NCBI GenBank assembly: GCA_013265495.1
Contig: MU057947.1
Coordinates: 630,048 to 694,047 of the forward strand
From: Vicugna vicugna
Lineage: Eukaryota
DNA length: 64,000 nucleotides
Direction: 5' to 3'
The first letter of the stretch is position 1; the number at the start of each line of letters is the position of its first letter. The notes beneath the pieces are model-generated. The model saw only the letters and a program-made list of their open reading frames with translations, was not told the DNA's origin and made no database searches. The position numbers and the translations under genes were made by a program. This document shows, in pieces, positions 34,093-46,639 of the stretch.

Positions 34093-37000
34093 GTCAGTAA
34101 CCCGGCCGCCTCGCAGTGTGCCGCTCAGGGAGCTTGACTTATGAACTCTCACTTAGATCACAGCTCCCTTTATTGACTGTGCAAACTCAGTGTCTTCACA
34201 TCATCTAAACAGAGACAGCACGTGGCCACGCGGTGAGCACGAGTTCGCCATCCCCACGCGTTCCAAGTGGCTGTGTTAGTTTTGGCACACGGTCGCATAA
34301 TTCTTGGCTAAGGCAGTAAAAATGATCCATGCAGATCGACTCCTGACTCTGGCTGGCTGAAAGGTTTAAACAGGAACACATCTGAATGGCAGTAAATTTT
34401 TCAATAAGCTTATTGTTAACTTAAACTATCTGCTTGCCAACAGCACAGAAAATGAGGCTTGTACATGGACAATTAGCCACTTCCATAAACTCAGTTGGTG
34501 ACACTTACATCCGAGCGGGTAGCAGCGTCCTGTCTCCTTGACTAAGTTTTCAATTTAATTTCTCAAACTTACGTAGTTAGATGCTATATTCTTAAGGGAT
34601 GAATTGAGAACTTACTGTCCACATGCAGGATGCTAACGGCACATAAAGTCTGTGATAACCTAAAAACGTTTTCCCAGACGTTCCTTTTTAAGCTTTTGTT
34701 TGGAACTTAATTATGGCGACTAAAGTCATTCCAGACACATACCAGGGGTTATTTTGCATAGTGATTTTTTTCATAGTCGTTTTAATATAAACAAGTGTGT
34801 ATTTACATACAGATACATACGTGTGCGTGTGTGCACTTAAGGAAAAAAATGACCCTGAGATTTTAGACGAGGTCAATCTAAAGCAGTCTTGAATTTCAAA
34901 ATGGAATTTACTAGGTAAGTTTAATGATATTCTAATTGCGGCTGTGGCTTCAGCAAAAATGAACGTGAAGATGGAGTAGAGTGTTCAGGGGAAGCAGGAA
35001 GAAGCTCCAGAAAGCTGAGCTAATAACCGAGTTGACACCCAGGGTCGGGTGAGTGACCAGAGGACCCTCTGACAGTTCTGCTCATGATGAACTGAACCTG
35101 AACAGGGGCACTCGGGTCACACAGGGCCGTCTCCAGAAGTTTCCTTTCTGTGGGGTCTCCAGAACGTCCAGAAGGGCGTCTCGAGGACAAGGCGTGGGAG
35201 CTGGAGGGGCTTTGCCCCACGTCTACACGTGTCCAGAAACCCTCCACCATCTGCGTCATGAACGGGGCCCTCGCGGTCCAGGTGGTGCCCTACAGACGCC
35301 TGGCCGCCCCTGCCCAGCACTCGCCCACCTGCCCGGTCTCCCCTCTCCCACACCCCCGTCCACACAGGGTGTGGGAGACGCCCCGCATGCCCACCTCCCA
35401 CGTGCCAGGTGCAGGGTGCGGGTCTTGCTCTGCGCTTTCAGGAGCTCAGGTGTGGGTCTGTTTGTAAAGCAGTGGCTTGCGAATCTTAGACGGTGAGCGC
35501 GTCCATCTCCTACAGCCGTTGGGGGATTGCTGCGCTGCCAGCGGGAGCAGGAAAGAGCTGGCCAAGCTGCTTTCCTTGCCTTTAAGTCTGTCAAACAAGC
35601 GAGCTGAAAGTTAAGCTTCAGGAAATTTCAGAGCAGAAAAATTAGGAAGCCGGGGCAGGAGGCATCTGTACGATCTCCTGGGGGGCGGGCAGGGGGTGAG
35701 CTTGTGAAAGCCTCCAGTCCTGTCCACAGTGCCTGAAGACCACACTTACCCCGCCGCCTGCCTTCCCGGCTCTGGGCCCAAGCTTGGTCACCTCCTCTGC
35801 CAGCCGGCGCGGTCACGATCACAGTCATGGCCACGGTCGGGCTGGGCACCCAGGACAAGCGGCAAGTAGCTGTTGAGATAAGGATGAAGGCTGTCCAGCC
35901 ACCCCAGTTGCCCGCCCCCTGTCGGAGAAGCGCTGCAGTGCTGGTGGGCACCTGAGACTGGGCCGAGTCCCCTCCAGCTGGGTTCCAGGGTGGGGGGCGG
36001 GGTCCCGGGCAGGCCGGCCTGCTGACAGGCAGTGGGGGCTGCAGGGCCAGAGCCCCCGGGCCGCAGCTTGTGCCCACCAGGTTTCTCTCATTTGGCTCAG
36101 TACGTCTGCTGGGCAGGGACCAGGTGTGTGGCTTTTATGGTTTAAGCAGGGAGGTGGTGGGTGGTTATAACACGACCACTAGCACGTAGTTAATTGGCAC
36201 TGACCCCCGGATGTGGTGACACCCCCTCCGTCCAGCGGTAGCTGGCTTTGCTCTCTCTCTGCTCCGTGCCCGTGGCCGGTGAAGCCACGGCACGTGGGAA
36301 GGCGCCCCAGAGCCTCAGAGCTGCTGGCAGCTGTGGATCCACAGGAGGAAGGAGGCAGGCTGGGTGCATTTGTCGTGGAATAAACACTTCCTGGATGGAC
36401 TTCTCTGTGCATCTCAGATTGTGAATATGTTTAGCAAACGTCTGGATGTCATTTTTCATCACATTCCTCTGAGATTTAGACCAGGTCTACCTATTTCAGT
36501 TTGTTCAGAAACAAGGAGATGACTGGCCCCAGCCCTGCCCCTCCCTGGGTCCCAGCGTCCCCCCGACCCGCTCCGCCCCCGCTCTTCGCAGGGCCCGCCT
36601 GTGAGGCTCCGGCCCTGCCCCGGCCCACGCCATGGGCCCAGCTAGCCCAGCCCCGGCCTGGCCTGTGGCCCAGAGGCCCCGCTGCGCTGGGACGGGACCA
36701 TTCGCCCATCAGGATGCTTCCGAGAGATGAGCGTGCTGCTCGCCGTGGGCCCGTTTTGTAAGGCGAGTCGCAAAACTGTGCTGAGTTGAACCAGGTGGAA
36801 CTGTGTTTTTGTGGGGTAAGACGTCAAACGTGGGAAATTTCACATCCATCGACCTCTTATCTTGGGGCATTTCCGAAGTCTGAATAGTAACAAGTTAATT
36901 ATCTGGGCATTTCTACCAAGGGACCGCTGAGCAGGCCCCCTGACCAGCCGTCTGGAAGTCTGGGGGCTGCCTTTCTCTGGGGCCACAACAGGTGGGCTCC

Positions 37001-40000
37001 CTCTGTGGGAAAGGGAGGCCCCAGTTACCGCGGGGGAGCCGCCCTGTGCGGGTGAAGGAAGCACAAGGTGAGTGTGAACAGGGGTCGTTCTGATGCCGCC
37101 TGAGACTGTGTTAGTCATTTAACTTCAAAACCAGAAATTAATATCTTGTAGGGTTGAGTTTTGTATGTTTGTTCGTTTTTGTGTTTTGCTAATGAGCCAG
37201 CCCTTTTGTAACACAACGAAGCATTTTAGGGAAGTCAGGTCCTCTCCATAAACCTCTTACAAAGGTCAGCTTTGTTTATCTTGAATTCCGTCTTCTCCAA
37301 ACATAGTTATTTAATGAAGCCATTATTCTTGAAATAAATCTTACTGTTTCTTTCACAATGAAATAGCATTTAAGCTTATTTTCTGTTAATACTCCCTAAC
37401 TTCTTTCTATTTACTTATTTTAAAAATGCAGCTTCTTTGTATAATGTGCATCTCACTGTTTATAGCCTGGGAGGTCAATGGCAGAGGCAGTTAGAATGAC
37501 TAAGGAAGGCGGCTCCAGAAAGCAGTATTTCACCACGAGTTCAGGAAAAGGGGGGCCTGCAGAAAACCAAGATCACGTTCAGGTTTACAATGTGTGTAGA
37601 CACTTTCTGCCCCTTCTCAGGCCTTCTGCCCTCCCCTCCCGGCAGGCATGGCCAAGCAGATGGGTGGCAGCCCCCACCCCCACTCTAACCTTGGGACTTT
37701 GTGCTTTTTTCTGCCAGGCTGGGTGGGAGCTCCCCGGGGACACCCCCCTCAAGGACCCTGGCTGGGGAAGGACCAGCCTGTGCCGTGACCCCCAGGGCAA
37801 GCATGCAGGACCTCAGCTGTCCTTCCTGCACCATCTCACACACTGTGGTTTTCAACAGATGAGTTCCGAGTTTTCTTTTTAAAGTGGCTGCAATGTTCCC
37901 TTTTAAATGAAATATTTAACACTTTAATAATTCCTTCGTCACAGCTATTAGCTTGTAGCTATGAAATCCAGTTGCATGACAGCAGTAAAATCTGCATTTT
38001 TTTAACCCGCTGGCTAGAAGGAAGTTTTTTGCACCTCCTACTCCAGGGCCTTGAAGAGGATTCTCGTGTTTCCGTGTCTCTGTCGAAACCTCTTTCAAAG
38101 GGGCCTCTGGAAAGTCCTGCCATGCAGTCAGTCAGGGAAAGACCCCTACAAGGTGAGTTAATCTCCCCACCGTGTCCCGGATGAGGCCCCACCGTGCCTT
38201 TCCATGGGGCACGTGGGTCCTGCAGGGCAGTCCGACCATGAGGAGGAGGGGACAGCGTCACTACCTCGAGTCCTCACCACAGACAGGCCTTGGAAATTAA
38301 AAATCCCTCTCGGACAGCCGAGCGAGGGCTGCCAGCCCAGCCCACCCCCCAGCCTCCACGGGGCGCAGCCCCCCACTCCCCGGCTGCCACTCACGTCCAG
38401 GAAGTAGCGCACCTGCCGGACCAGGCTGGCAGCCTCCCCAGGAGGAGAGCCTGGGCCCCCTTCGGTCAGCGTCCCACGAGCCGACTCTGGGGTTCTCGTC
38501 CCCGCGCACGTGGTGAGCCCCCTGGGCCTGCCGGCACGGGGCTGGGATGGAGACGGTGGGTGTTCTCTTAGCCTCCCCTCTGGACCCGCAGCAGGAGGCA
38601 GCTTCGTGCTTTCAGGCAGCTTGTGCTGATATTTTTCTTCAACTTAAAAACAAAACCAAACAAAGACTTACCGCCAATTTAAAGCGAAAGTAATAGCTGC
38701 AACGGAAGACGCTCTATGGGTTCGGGACAGTCTCCCGCGTTTCAGATGACGGCTTATGAAAGCTGTTACTGAGACATCACCTGGTGGACCTGGGAGGTTT
38801 GTGCGCCTTCCAGAGCCAGCGTGTTGCTGAGAGCAAGCTCACGACGGCGCCCTTAAATTAAGCAGGAAGGAGACCGCTGGTGCGAAGGTGCTGCTTTCAG
38901 CCCTGGAGCTGCTGAGCTGCAGTTCAGGGCAGACGCACGCGGACGTCTGGGTCTGCGACCTTCCGAGGCTGAGGCCGGGGAAGGTGGAGGCGAAAGGACC
39001 GGATCAAAAGCCTGGGAGTGGGCGGCGGGCCCAGAAGAGGGTCGGGGCTGCCGGATCGATGCAGGGGGCCGCTGCCGGGCACAGCCCCTCTCCCCTCTCA
39101 TGCGGAGTGAAACCCAGTCGTTTCTGGAGTTTAGGGCCCCAGAGAAAACAGACAAGTGGGAATGTTTATGAACAAAAGCAGGCAGGACTCGGTGAAGGCC
39201 AAGGGCTAGGGGTGTAGGCAAGTCCTGGGGGCGACGGGTGGGAGTGCTGAGTCTGTCTGGGTGACTGTTTGCTGCTGAGCCTTCAGGGCGTCATTAACCC
39301 ACCTCCTCACTGCTGCTGCCCCCCTAGGACCAGAGCCAGCCCCACATGCCCTCCTTCCCTTTGCAGAGCCGCTCAGAGGAGAGCCCTGCTTCCCCCAGAC
39401 GGTCCCTCTGTCTGGCTTTCAGCTTGTCCCTCTCCTGGTGGACAGGAGCATCCTTTGTGGGCTCCTCAGCCGCCCCCGCCCGCCTGGCCCCGTCCGTATC
39501 TGAGTATCTCATCACTTCTAGCCCCTCGGTGCAACACACCGTTAGAGTACTGGAATTCCGTGTCCCGGGCCAAGAGCTTCTCGGAGTTGGGGGCTCCCAG
39601 CCTGAACAGAAGGGTGGGCGTGCGGGAGGCTGGCCTCAGACGCAGTCGGTGCACCTCCCTGCGAGCTCTTCGGCTTGACTGAGCAGCTGCTTTCGGTATG
39701 TCGGCAACTGTCACGGGCCAGAGAGCCTGAGGTTCAGATTATGTCTTAGGTTCACTGTTTTGCAGTTTATTTTTGTGCAGTTTCCTGCCCGGCAATTGTC
39801 ATTAGTACTTGCTTATTCTTTGTGCTGTGTAACCACATCTTGAACTGGGTGTTTTTTTAACATTTCAACTGCTGTTCGTTCAAGCAAACAGCTTCTCATC
39901 TTAGTCTTGAACCCCTTCGTCTAGGGGGTGTATGTATCAGAACGCTCTAGAAAACATGTCAGCAAGACTGTGCTTACAATTTCTGTACTTCTCACCCCTC

Positions 40001-43000
40001 CCCAAGGCACGCAAAAATCTTAGCAGAGGCATATGCATATGTACGTGTGTTTGTGTATCCATAGGCACGTGTATGTGTGTATATATAATGGGTGTGTGTG
40101 TATCCCCTATTTTGAGAATTACTGCTTTTAAGGGAATTTATTAAAATAGATCCCGTTGTTCTAAGTGCTTTGGCTGTGTGCTGCACCCAGTAAAGGTAAC
40201 ATTCCGAATTTAATCATGATTTTTGTTTGAGACGTAACTGTGCACATTTAGGAGTCCTTCTGCTGTTGTGATTAGCAGCTTAAATAAGTTCTAGGCGGTG
40301 TAAGCATGTCTCTGTGCTTCTGGAGTTTTACACATAGCCAGGTGGAAAGGTAGATGAGACAGTGTATCCTCCCTCTTTTGATTTGCAAAGAGTGGGCAGG
40401 ACAGGCTGCACCTGGACACCCCGCTGTCAGGGCGTGGGGCCCCTGAGAGTCTGAAGAGTCTTGCCGGGCGCTGGCACTTTACCAGGAGACCCTAGGTTGG
40501 AGCATCGGCAGAGCTACCCAGAGCCTTCTTCTTGAGACCCGTGAGCGACGAGAGTGGCCAGCAGAGGGGAGGGGTCTCCAGATTCCGGATGCGATCTCAT
40601 TCTGCACGTGCCTGATGTAAGTCTTGTCCTGGGGGTGCGGTGATAGAGTTTGAGTATTCACATACCCTCACCGTGGGTGGAAAGTGTGGGAAGATGCCCA
40701 CCCCCTCCCATGGGAGAGAGGTCAGTCGTGGAGAGCTGCTCCTGAAATGCTGCAGTGGCTGGACTGGAACCAGCCTGCCGGGCTCCGGGGAAGCGCGTGG
40801 CGTCCCCGTGCAGAGAGCCCTCTGTCTAATCAGTAATTGCCAGAGGCTCCTGGGAAGCCTAGTCCAGCGAAAGTTTTCTCCTAAATCTAAGAGGTGGTCG
40901 GATCCTACGTTCCCTGAGGTTTCCATAAACCAGGCAAAAAATTGAACTTGAGAATGCCTTCACTCAGGGCTACTGAGGTCACGCAGTGTAATTTAACCAA
41001 ACTCAAAAGGTAACCAAAAGGTTGCTTTGAAAGTCAGCTACCTTCAAACCTTGTAGAATATAATGGGGTCTCTATTACAAATAAGTTGTACTTAAAATTG
41101 AAATTATTACAAGTGTCACTTTTATGAGAAAATACATTAAAATATAACTACTATCTCTAGTGTGATCATTAAACATCGAGTCAGTGAAAGCTTCTATTAA
41201 AGGTAAAAATCATCCTAATTACATTCACACGTTTAGAAAGATCTTACCTGCAAGGTCCTCTGTTGGATTTGGGTGTATTTTACCTTAAAAAAGGAGAATC
41301 GGGTGTCTGCCTACTAGGAGAAGTAAATACATTGTCACTGCAATGATTTTTCATTTGAAATGGGCTTTGAAAAATAGGAATCCACTAACAAGTCCAAATT
41401 TTAAAGCAAAAAGCCAACTTTTCACTTAAATGTGCTTCCGAAATGTTTTCTCCCACCGTGGCCGTTATATCAGTGTATGCTGAGTTCAGAGAGAATGTTT
41501 GAATTAATATTTTTGTTGCCTTAAGATGTTGTCTATTCACATTTTTCAGGCAGTGTTAGTGTGTTGTGGTATCATGCGAGCAGTAGTAAATAGAATCATC
41601 TCTTCTGCTACTGGGCTGATAGAGAAAATGTTTTCTTTGATTGGCAGGCAGTCAGTTACAATGTACACTGTCCCAGTGATACATGAGAAAATGGTATTTT
41701 AGTAAAACGGTGCATAGAAGTGAACTGTAAGTTACCGATGTTAAATGTACAAATATTGGTGTAAAACTGATGGCAGCGATGCTGTGACGCCATGTGTCGG
41801 AGCCAGAAGTGTAAAAACTATTACTTAATGTAAATGCTCTGTCACATGTGGTTTTTACCTGCGACGCTTGTGCTCAGGCTGCCTCAGAGGATGAGATGTA
41901 TGTGTGCACGTACCCCTTTGAAGGTCGTGTTTCAAATGCCAGGACGGAAAAGTGAGGTGCTTACGTGCAGAAGCATCGCCTCCCTCCTTGGGAGGCGTGA
42001 GGCTGTTGGTGAAGCTCTGGGACCGCCTGGGGTGGGGTCCGCAGGGCAGAGCAGACCTGCCGGAGGCCCGGGGCCAGGGCGGGGTGCGGTGCTTCAAGGC
42101 TTCTGCAGAAGAAGGCTGAAGAAGGAAGCAGAGGAACGGGCAGTCTTTTTAGCTCTTCAATGTGTCACTGAGTTGCGTTCAGAAGTTCCCCACCCTGGAA
42201 GCCTCAGGTAAACACTGGTGGTGTTTGAGCAGCAGCACCCTGGTCAGCCCGCCCCTCGGCCGCACTCGTGGGCACAGTGTCTGTTACGGCGGCGACCGCG
42301 CTTCCCGCCCCGAGTCCTGCCGGCTGAGGTTGCAGAGACCCAGCGGGTGAAGGACCCACCCCCCTCCCGTGTGCGGGAGGCGGGGGACGGGCGCACTGTC
42401 TGCCGTTTCTGACAGGTCCAACGGCAGCATCCCAGGTGCAGCCCTTCCCCAGACTGCGTGAGGGAGGCCCGGCAGCCGTGCCAGGAGACCCGGGCTCCTG
42501 CTCAGCCAGGACTCGCACTCTTCCCAGGAAATTCGCATCTCTCCCTCTCTGTAGAGTGAAATATGCAAGAACCAACATAAATGGCATAGCCCCTCCTTTC
42601 TCTTCCCCCACATTGGGCCTTTGATGCTCAAGAGCAGCTCGTGTTAAAGGCCGGTCCTGGCAGACTGTGGGAACTGCACCTATTTATGCCGAACGTAAAG
42701 CAGCACAGATCTCGTGAATGTGATGGTGTCATTAGTTTGTGAATCGCAGCCTTGAAAATAACTGTGGAGGAGCCAAATCGGTTTAAAAGAAGATAACAAA
42801 ATGGTTTAAGCTACTTAGGTTGAATGCCAATTATATTTTAATATTCAGCTGAGCATATTTTACTAAGAAAAAAGGCCGCGTTGACGCACGCATAACTCAC
42901 CGGCAGCGTCGGCCAGCTGTGCCGCTCTGCACTCCGAATCACTTTGTGCATTTTAGTAGCATGGTAATTTAGTAGAGAACTACCTGAGTGATGGCATTTT

Positions 43001-44879
43001 CAATGAGCAGGTAATCTACAGAGAATTTTTATATGGTTATGAGTTCTGTGCTTCAGCCCAGCAACACAAAAATACATCAAGACCAATTACGGTATCAACT
43101 TTCAGTGTGGTACCCTCACCACGCAATGCATGTATTTCTGCCCCAGGCATTTCAAATTGCATCTAATTTGAAATCTTTGGGGTTTTAATTAAATTTCAGA
43201 ATATATGGAATTCTTCATTAGTACCTGCTCTGAATAGCAGATTATCCCCCTCTCGGTTTCTCGTTAAAGAGGTAGGCTGCGGTAAATAGCGTGTTCGGGA
43301 ACTGATCATTTGTGGGGCCTGGGTGTTGGAACAGAAATAGTGAAATGCAAAATAATATCAAAAAGATTATTAGTCCAGGGAGAGTCTCTTGATTTGTATT
43401 TTAATGGAATTTTACATTTCTCTTAATGATTTGCAAATTGTCCTCTGATTATAAGATGCATTAAGCTTTTCATTTTAATGGCGAAGACACAGCCATTAGC
43501 AGAATTTTTTTTCGGTCTCCTTTTCAGAGAGCTTCCCTGCAGCAGATAAATATTGAAACCATTAACACCTTTTGATGTTCGTCACAACCTGCGTCTGGGA
43601 CCCACGCGAGGCTCCCGAGGTCCCTTGGTGGTAGCACCTGGCTGGGGGCCCCAGCCTCTCCACCTGGTGTGCTGCCTTTTCTAGAACACGGGTCCGTGTG
43701 GAAGGTTTCAGGAGTGGTCTTGTTTATTTGCGTCAAAGCTAACGCGTTAAAATACACTAATGGCCCCATTTGTATTAATAAAAGCTGCGAAGGTCGGCGG
43801 TGGTCTGCAGGGCTGGGGCAGGGGGAGCCACGTAGTGCTCCGGGCAGACCTGGGCCAGAGCTCTAGAGCATGCCTCCCCGACTCTGCTGCTGCCCTGTGA
43901 GTTTGCGAAACAGGGGTGTGCGGATGCCCCGAGGTAGCCAATGGACCACGGTTCAACCCTGAGAGCAGGCATTTGCCTTTGGTTTGGCCTCTGAGATACC
44001 GTCTTGGTTGTCAGGCCAAGACTTGTGTCCCCCAGAACATACATGGTCTCCACGGCCCGTCCCTCTGCCCCACCCGCTGCCCGTGCCCAGGGGGGCTCTG
44101 GGCTCTGACCGCCCGTTAAACTACAGAGGGACCTTATCTAGGTCGGCTGGGTGAAACATCTGTTCTGCTGAATGTTAATAGGTGTCTCCCCAGAAAGAAA
44201 TTCCATGACCGAAAAGCTCAAGGCGTTTTAGGTTTCTTTATAACAAGACTTCTTGGAAGCTTCAGTATATTGATGGTCAGGAAGATGGTCAATAAATTGC
44301 CCCAACTTCCCGAAACAGTCTCCTTCCACCTCCTCTCCTTGTTAGCTCCTCATGGGACGCTGATAGTCCTCAAAATGCAGCCTGGAGAACTCTGGCCTGT
44401 GCAGCTACTCGAGAAATGAACGAGGCATCCTGCGCTGACCTGGGCACCCTGGGGGCCCTCAGGTGGTGTCCGGCTTGCAGAGGGAGTTGTGCCGCAATGC
44501 AACACCCATGTGCCACCCTCTTTGCCCCCCGCGCCTCCCACCCCCAACCCAGTGTGCCTTGTCCCTTTCTTCCAAAGAGCAGGTGGAAGGAAATGTGAAG
44601 GAGTGTGCCAGCTGCCTTGGACACTGCTGTTAAACACCTCCTGTTGTGTTGTTCCTTTTTATACTTTAGACTCAAAAATCCCAGAGATCATTCCACACAG
44701 TTATTGAATGCCCTCCCCTGGACCTAAAGATAAATAAATAAATGTCACCCTCTTCAAAGTAAAGACGAGTTGGGAAGGTGGGGACTCCAGGCCTCCCTGT
44801 CAGCCCATCACCCTGCTGGCCAGTGGGGACAAGGATGCTGTTCACTGGCAGAGCCCTAGGCCAGGCCATGGAGAAAGGA

Positions 44880-45035
44880 GTTCAGTTGATCAGTCATTCA
44901 ACAAACGTTTATTGAGCTATAAGCAAGGCCCTCTTTTTGGCTCTTGGAACTTAGCAACAAACAAAAAAGTTCCAGGCCTTGTGAAGCTTCTATTCTAGTG
45001 GGAAGTGTGTGTGTTTGTAAGTATATAGTTTAGTT

Positions 45036-45074
<39 letters not shown>

Positions 45075-45150
45075 CCTATGTTGTCAGGGAGTGATGTAGT
45101 TGCTTCGAAGAAACATAAAGCAGGCCACGGGGATGAAGGGGGCGGGTGGG
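44880..45150 (-). mobile_element. L2 LINE 3' end interrupted by a microsatellite
   Basis: cattcaacaaacgtttattgagc...ccttgtgaagcttctattctagtggg, characteristic of L2 3' ends. Confidence 0.8.
45036..45073 (+). repeat. Compound (TA)n(GA)n microsatellite
   Basis: Directly visible. Confidence 0.95.
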
Positions 45151-45699
45151 GATGGTAAGAGCTTCTTGGAAAGTACGACCCAAAACGGAGGAGACGCCGT
45201 GAGATGGACTCCAGATGCTTGGACATACCTTCTTCCTTCTCCTGGTTTAAAAGTTAAATATAGGGGACAAAGCAAGAAAACTACACGTAAATCACCTTTT
45301 GAGTCATTTTTTTGTCAGATGGGGAGAGGAGCAATTTCAAGAGTTTCATCAGTTGTTGAGTGCGTGGGTGGCAGCTTGGTGTCTTCATTATTTTCACGAA
45401 ACGGTCGCTTCCGACGGAAGAGCACTCGCTAAGGGTGTGCAGGCGTCACCACGGGGAGACCCGCGTGCGCCCGACAGAGGCTGAGAAGGGGGCGCCGCCA
45501 GTGCCGCACAGCCCCCGGTGCCCCCACCCCGACCCTGCCTGCTTCCCCCAGCCCCGCCCCAGGTTCTGCATTTGAAAGGAATGGTGTCTCCCTGTGACTT
45601 GCCTTTTCAGTCAACGTCTTTGTGAGACTTGCCTATTTGGAACCCTCTGGAGAGACTTCACTGACTGTGCTGTGTGGAACCCACCCTTTTTTCCAGCTG

Positions 45700-46372
45700 T
45701 GTTTTTTGTTGACCTGTAGCTGGTTTACAGTGTTAGTTTCAGGTGTACAGCAATGTGATTCAGTCATACATATACATACTTTTTTTTCAGATTCTTTTCC
45801 ATTATGTGTTATTACAAAAAATTTACTATAGTCCCCTGTGCTATACAGTAAGTCCTTGTCGTTTATCTGTTTTTTAATATTTTATTTGTTTATTATTGTA
45901 TGATCTTTATTTTGGCAGGGGATAGGTAATTAGGCTTATTTATCTTTCGAGGAGGCACTGGGGATTGAACCCAGGACCTTGTGCATGCTAAGCATGTGCT
46001 CTACCACTTGAGCTACACCCTCCCCACCTTGTTTATCTATTTTATATACATAAGTGTGTATCTGCTAATCCCAGACTCCTAATTTATCCCTCCCCTGCCC
46101 TTTCACCTATGGTAACCATAGTTTGTTTTCTATGTCTGTGAGTCTGTTTTTGGTTTGTAAGTAAAATTTGTATCACTTTTTTAGATTGCACATATAAGTG
46201 ATATCATATGAAATTTGTCTTCCCCTGTCTGACTTACTTCACTTAATATGATAATCTCTAGGTCCAGCCATGTTGCTGCAGGCAGCATTATTTCATCTTC
46301 TTTATGGCTGAGTAGTATTCCATTGTATAAATATACCACGTCTCTATCCAGTCCTCTGTCAATGGACACTGA
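45700..46372 (-). mobile_element. 5'-truncated cetartiodactyl-type LINE-1 3' end interrupted by a SINE
   Basis: tggtttacagtgttagtttcaggtgtacagcaatgtgattcag 3'UTR; ORF2 tail AATWLDLEIIILSEVSQTGEDKFHMISLIC. Confidence 0.9.
45874..46025 (-). mobile_element. tRNA-Ala-derived SINE, camelid Vic-1-like
   Basis: Minus strand 46025-45951: GGGGAGGGTGTAGCTCAAGTGGTAGAGCACATGCTTAGCATGCACAAGGTCCTGGGTTCAATCCCCAGTGCCTCC (A box, AGC anticodon loop, B box GTTCAATCC), then ...CCTAATTACCT... and an A-rich tail. Imperfect TSD gtttatct(g/a)tttt on both sides. Confidence 0.88.
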
Positions 46373-46639
46373 GGGTGCTGGAATCCCGTCTTAGGAATGT
46401 GCCACAGTTTCCTATCCTCAGTCAGTGGACATCTGGCTTCTCACTTTCTGCCTTTTTAGCTAGGGATGCTACCGTGTTGTAGAGCATGTGTCCTAGTGCT
46501 CCAGGTGGCTGAGTGTGTGGGCAGAGCACTGGAGAACGGGGAGCTGCACAGAGGAGTTTCAGAACTCTGCGTGGTGTCCTCCTGAGTCTGTTGCAGAATA
46601 CTGTTGGGTGTGTGTGGGGAAGCCACCCGGGACCAGGCA

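Noticed and set aside
33765..34100. 111-aa ORF with an N-terminal extension before exon 3
   Set aside because: Sequence upstream of the AG at 33930-33931 has no MGMT similarity; it is open intronic frame.
45951..46025. tRNA-Ala gene
   Set aside because: Has a SINE body, A-rich tail and TSD, and sits inside an L1. It is a SINE head.
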